From an uncultured Melioribacter sp. (lineage in GTDB: Bacteria; Bacteroidota; Ignavibacteria; Ignavibacteriales; Melioribacteraceae): a stretch of DNA of 64,000 bases. Each line of letters opens with the position of its first letter. Position 1 is the stretch's first letter. The DNA lies in the NCBI GenBank assembly GCA_964449775.1, contig CAYVBQ010000010.1, forward strand, positions 13,654-77,653, written 5' to 3'. The translations under genes were made by a program, and so were the position numbers. The notes under the pieces are model-generated. The model searched no databases. It saw only the letters and a list, made by a program, of their open reading frames with translations, and was not told where the DNA came from. Below, one piece after another: positions 61,254-64,000 of the stretch.

Positions 61254-63755
61254 TTACTCAACTGTTTCCTTCTCTTGATTATCATGTTCTTCAGGTTCCG
61301 GTGTTTTGCCGGCAATAAAGTAAAGTTCATCGGCACTCTTTTTATGCTTAACAATTATCTTATCACCTTCTTTGAAATGTCCGAGTAGCAGCTCTTCTGC
61401 AAGCGGATCCTCAACATATTTCTGTATTGCCCGTTTCAAAGGTCTTGCTCCAAACTTTGGATCGAATCCTTTCTCAGATAAAAATTCTGTAGCCGATTTG
61501 TGAATTTCGATACTCATTTTATTATTGATGATATTCTTGATTAAGTCTTTCATCTCAATTGGAATAATCTGTTTAATGTCTCCTTGATCAAGACTTCTAA
61601 ACACAATGGTTTCATCAAGCCGATTCACAAATTCCGGATTGAAGAGTTTTTTCATTGCGTCTTCAACTGTATTCTTCATATGGGAATATTGATCTGCTTC
61701 AGTTGCACCGCTAAAACCATATCCTCCGCCCGATTTGATGTCACGAGTTCCAACATTTGAGGTCATTATAATAATCGTATTCTTGAAATCAACTTTTCGG
61801 CCTAAACTGTCAGTAAGTACACCGTCGTCAAGAACTTGAAGAAGAATATTAAAAACATCCGGATGAGCTTTTTCAATTTCATCAAAGAGAACAACAGAAT
61901 AAGGTTTTCTACGAACACGTTCTGTAAGCTGCCCACCCTCATCATATCCTACATATCCCGGAGGCGCTCCAATTAAACGCGAAACTGCAAATTTCTCCAT
62001 ATACTCGCTCATATCAATTCGGATGAGAGCGTCTTCCGAATCGAATAAATAGCGGGCGAGTTCTTTAGCTAATTCTGTTTTGCCAACTCCTGTTGGACCA
62101 AGGAATATAAATGTACCAATAGGTTTCGATGGTCTCTTTAAACCTGCTCTTGTTCTTCTAATTGCCTTAGTAAGTTTTGATACGGCGTCATCCTGTCCAA
62201 CGATCCTACCTTTTAAGGCTGTTTCCATCTTCATCAATTTTTCAGATTCAGCTTGAACAACTCGTGTAACAGGAATACCTGTCATCATTGAAACAACAGT
62301 AGCCATATCATCTTCGCTTACATCATAAATGATGTCCTTCGTTTTAGTATCCCATTCACGCTTAGCAATTTCGAGATCAGATTGTAGTGTCCTTTCCTTA
62401 TCACGTAACCGTGCAGCCTCTTCGTAATCTTGTTGTTTAACGACCTGAATTTTTTGATGCTTAATTTTTTCAACTTCCTCTTCAAGTTTTAAGACTTCAT
62501 CGGATACAGTGAAGTTGCCCATATGAACACGTGAACCCGCTTCATCAAGAACGTCAATTGCTTTGTCCGGAAAGTGGCGATCCGTGATATATCGTTCGCT
62601 TAGGCGAACCGCTACCTCAATTGCTTCTTTAGAGTAGCGGACATGGTGATGTTCTTCGTATTTGAACTTGATGTGTTCAAGAATTTGGATTGTTTCATCA
62701 AGAGAAGGTGGATCAACCATAACCTTTTGAAAACGACGGTCTAATGCGCCATCTGTTTCAATAAATTTTCTATACTCATCAAGTGTAGTGGCGCCAATAC
62801 ACTGAATATCCCCGCGTGCGAGTGCAGGCTTAAACATATTCGATGCATCTAACGATCCCGATGCCCCGCCGGCTCCAACAATTGTATGCAGTTCATCTAT
62901 GAATAAAATTACATCGTCTGCTTTTTCAAGTTCATTCATCAATGCTTTCATGCGCTCTTCAAACTGTCCACGGTATTTTGTACCGGCGACTAATCCTGCC
63001 AAATCAAGAGTAACAACGCGTTTCTCTTGCAAGATACGAGGAACTTTTTTCTGAATAATTCTTAGAGCTAAACCTTCCGCGATAGCAGTTTTTCCAACGC
63101 CGGGTTCGCCAATAAGCACCGGATTATTTTTCTTTCTGCGACTTAAAACCTGTGCAACTCTTTCTATCTCTTTTTCTCTGCCTATAACCGGATCAAGTTT
63201 ATCTTCAATTGCCAGTTTTGTGAGATCACGTCCAAAATTATCTAGAACGGGTGTTTTCGTTTTATCAATTTTCTTTCCTGATGCAGATGGCTGCTGCAAG
63301 GAAGTTTTGCCGGGATCTTTACTGCTGAGAATATTATTCAACTCCGCGCGAGCATTATCATAAGTCATATTAAATTGATGAAGAATTTGTGTGGCTATAT
63401 TATCTTCATCTCGTAAGAGGGAAAGTAAAATATGTTCGGTTCCGATAAGATCTGATTTATATATTTTGGATTCGATTTGCGTAATTTTTAAAACTTTTTC
63501 GGCTTGTTTTGTTAACGGAATATTTCCAATTGTTAACGTTCCACCGGAAGTTCTTACTGTATCTTCAATTGTCTTTTTCAATTTAACAAGATCAACATCA
63601 AGATTACGCAGAATACGAACAGCAACACCCTGCCCTTCTCTAATAATGCCTAAAAGTAAATGTTCAGTACCAATATAATCATGCCCAAGCCGCAACGCTT
63701 CCTCACGACTTAATCTAATTACTTCTTGCACACGTTCCGAAAAATTTCCTTCCAT
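61254..63755 (-). CDS. clpC: ATP-dependent Clp protease ATP-binding subunit ClpC
   Basis: Two Clp_N repeats and a UVR-like linker ([11 protein letters not shown]) are present. The two AAA modules carry [14 protein letters not shown] and [17 protein letters not shown]. Confidence 0.95.
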   Translation of the reverse strand: MEGNFSERVQEVIRLSREEALRLGHDYIGTEHLLLGIIREGQGVAVRILRNLDVDLVKLKKTIEDTVRTSGGTLTIGNIPLTKQAEKVLKITQIESKIYKSDLIGTEHILLSLLRDEDNIATQILHQFNMTYDNARAELNNILSSKDPGKTSLQQPSASGKKIDKTKTPVLDNFGRDLTKLAIEDKLDPVIGREKEIERVAQVLSRRKKNNPVLIGEPGVGKTAIAEGLALRIIQKKVPRILQEKRVVTLDLAGLVAGTKYRGQFEERMKALMNELEKADDVILFIDELHTIVGAGGASGSLDASNMFKPALARGDIQCIGATTLDEYRKFIETDGALDRRFQKVMVDPPSLDETIQILEHIKFKYEEHHHVRYSKEAIEVAVRLSERYITDRHFPDKAIDVLDEAGSRVHMGNFTVSDEVLKLEEEVEKIKHQKIQVVKQQDYEEAARLRDKERTLQSDLEIAKREWDTKTKDIIYDVSEDDMATVVSMMTGIPVTRVVQAESEKLMKMETALKGRIVGQDDAVSKLTKAIRRTRAGLKRPSKPIGTFIFLGPTGVGKTELAKELARYLFDSEDALIRIDMSEYMEKFAVSRLIGAPPGYVGYDEGGQLTERVRRKPYSVVLFDEIEKAHPDVFNILLQVLDDGVLTDSLGRKVDFKNTIIIMTSNVGTRDIKSGGGYGFSGATEADQYSHMKNTVEDAMKKLFNPEFVNRLDETIVFRSLDQGDIKQIIPIEMKDLIKNIINNKMSIEIHKSATEFLSEKGFDPKFGARPLKRAIQKYVEDPLAEELLLGHFKEGDKIIVKHKKSADELYFIAGKTPEPEEHDNQEKETVE

Positions 63756-63947
63756 TTCTTTCCTTTTGTTATGATAATGTATAAACAGAAAAACTATTCA
63801 TTTGGTTTCGTATGCAAATATATATATTGCTCATCCTCATATCAAGGAACATCGAACTTGGTAATCAAAAGAGATTGCTGATTTCAGAGATTGTATTAGT
63901 CAGATTGTATTGATATCTTTCATATAGATTAATAAAGGAGAAAACAG

Positions 63948-64000
63948 ATGGAAGCTCTAACCGGTGTATCAATTCTAATAATTGCTGTTTCAGTAATTGC
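63948..64000 (+). CDS. partial CDS start (hydrophobic N-terminus MEALTGVSILIIAVSVI..), runs off the window
   Basis: AAGGAG lies 8 nt upstream of ATG 63948. Only 17 codons are visible. Confidence 0.35.
   Translation, partial: MEALTGVSILIIAVSVI

Overview
This is an AT-rich chromosomal segment (roughly mid-30s percent GC judged by eye, not computed). Its gene content points to an anaerobic FCB-superphylum bacterium, Ignavibacteriota/Bacteroidota-like; this is inference only. The relevant genes are parA-parB plus a DUF5683-like gene, folP-cdaA, RqcH, pyruvate:ferredoxin oxidoreductase, a trimeric FeFe hydrogenase, three GT9 glycosyltransferases and an M64 peptidase. I can support about 62 protein genes, mostly on the minus strand, and two tRNAs (Leu-CAA 566-651, Pro-GGG 14721-14794). 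I found no rRNA, CRISPR array, transposase or integrase. The housekeeping blocks are as follows. (1) 725-24096 minus: deaD-like helicase, alanine symporter, esterase, DHOD-like protein, PFOR, ftsY, pgsA-like, purF, aroQ, parAB, cdaA, folP, rpe. (2) 24424-27434 plus: nucleotidyltransferase-like protein and rqcH. (3) 29823-34772 plus: 3x GT9, a homocysteine methyltransferase-like gene and ispE. (4) 34732-43890 minus: histidine kinase, hydABC operon with an embedded receiver gene and a kinase-ATPase remnant, purEK and a GIN-domain lipoprotein. (5) 44047-50427 plus: a giant TPR protein with three tandem CbbX/SpoVK-type AAA modules, then an ABC ATPase and a 563-aa permease. (6) 55620-63755 minus: pduT-like, pduS-like, GAF-PP2C phosphatase, M64 peptidase, pyrE, phhB and clpC. 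The one clearly accessory region is 52448-55600. It holds three toxin-antitoxin modules, two of which have decayed toxins. It also holds a 73-bp double-hairpin repeat bracketing dinJ-yafQ, and a 4-TM protein plus an intact EEP-fold nuclease/phosphatase whose stop codon abuts a 5-prime-truncated higB. Almost every longer intergenic region carries GC-rich hairpin-forming dispersed repeats. These include a MITE with 16-bp TIRs (2 copies), an 86-nt element with 2 mismatches between copies, an IR element upstream of rqcH and of the hydrogenase operon, TTCGTG/CACGAA long hairpins, and GTCATTCTGAG/GTCATTGCGAG REP-type hairpins. The best candidates for something undescribed are listed here. (a) An orphan PP2C-pduS-pduT string with no other microcompartment genes in the window. 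(b) The TPR-3xAAA plus ABC exporter operon. (c) The 4TM+EEP pair inside the TA islet. (d) A hydA whose H-cluster motif reads TSCSPGW instead of TSCCPxW. All protein calls rest on motif recognition in the supplied translations. No database search was possible.
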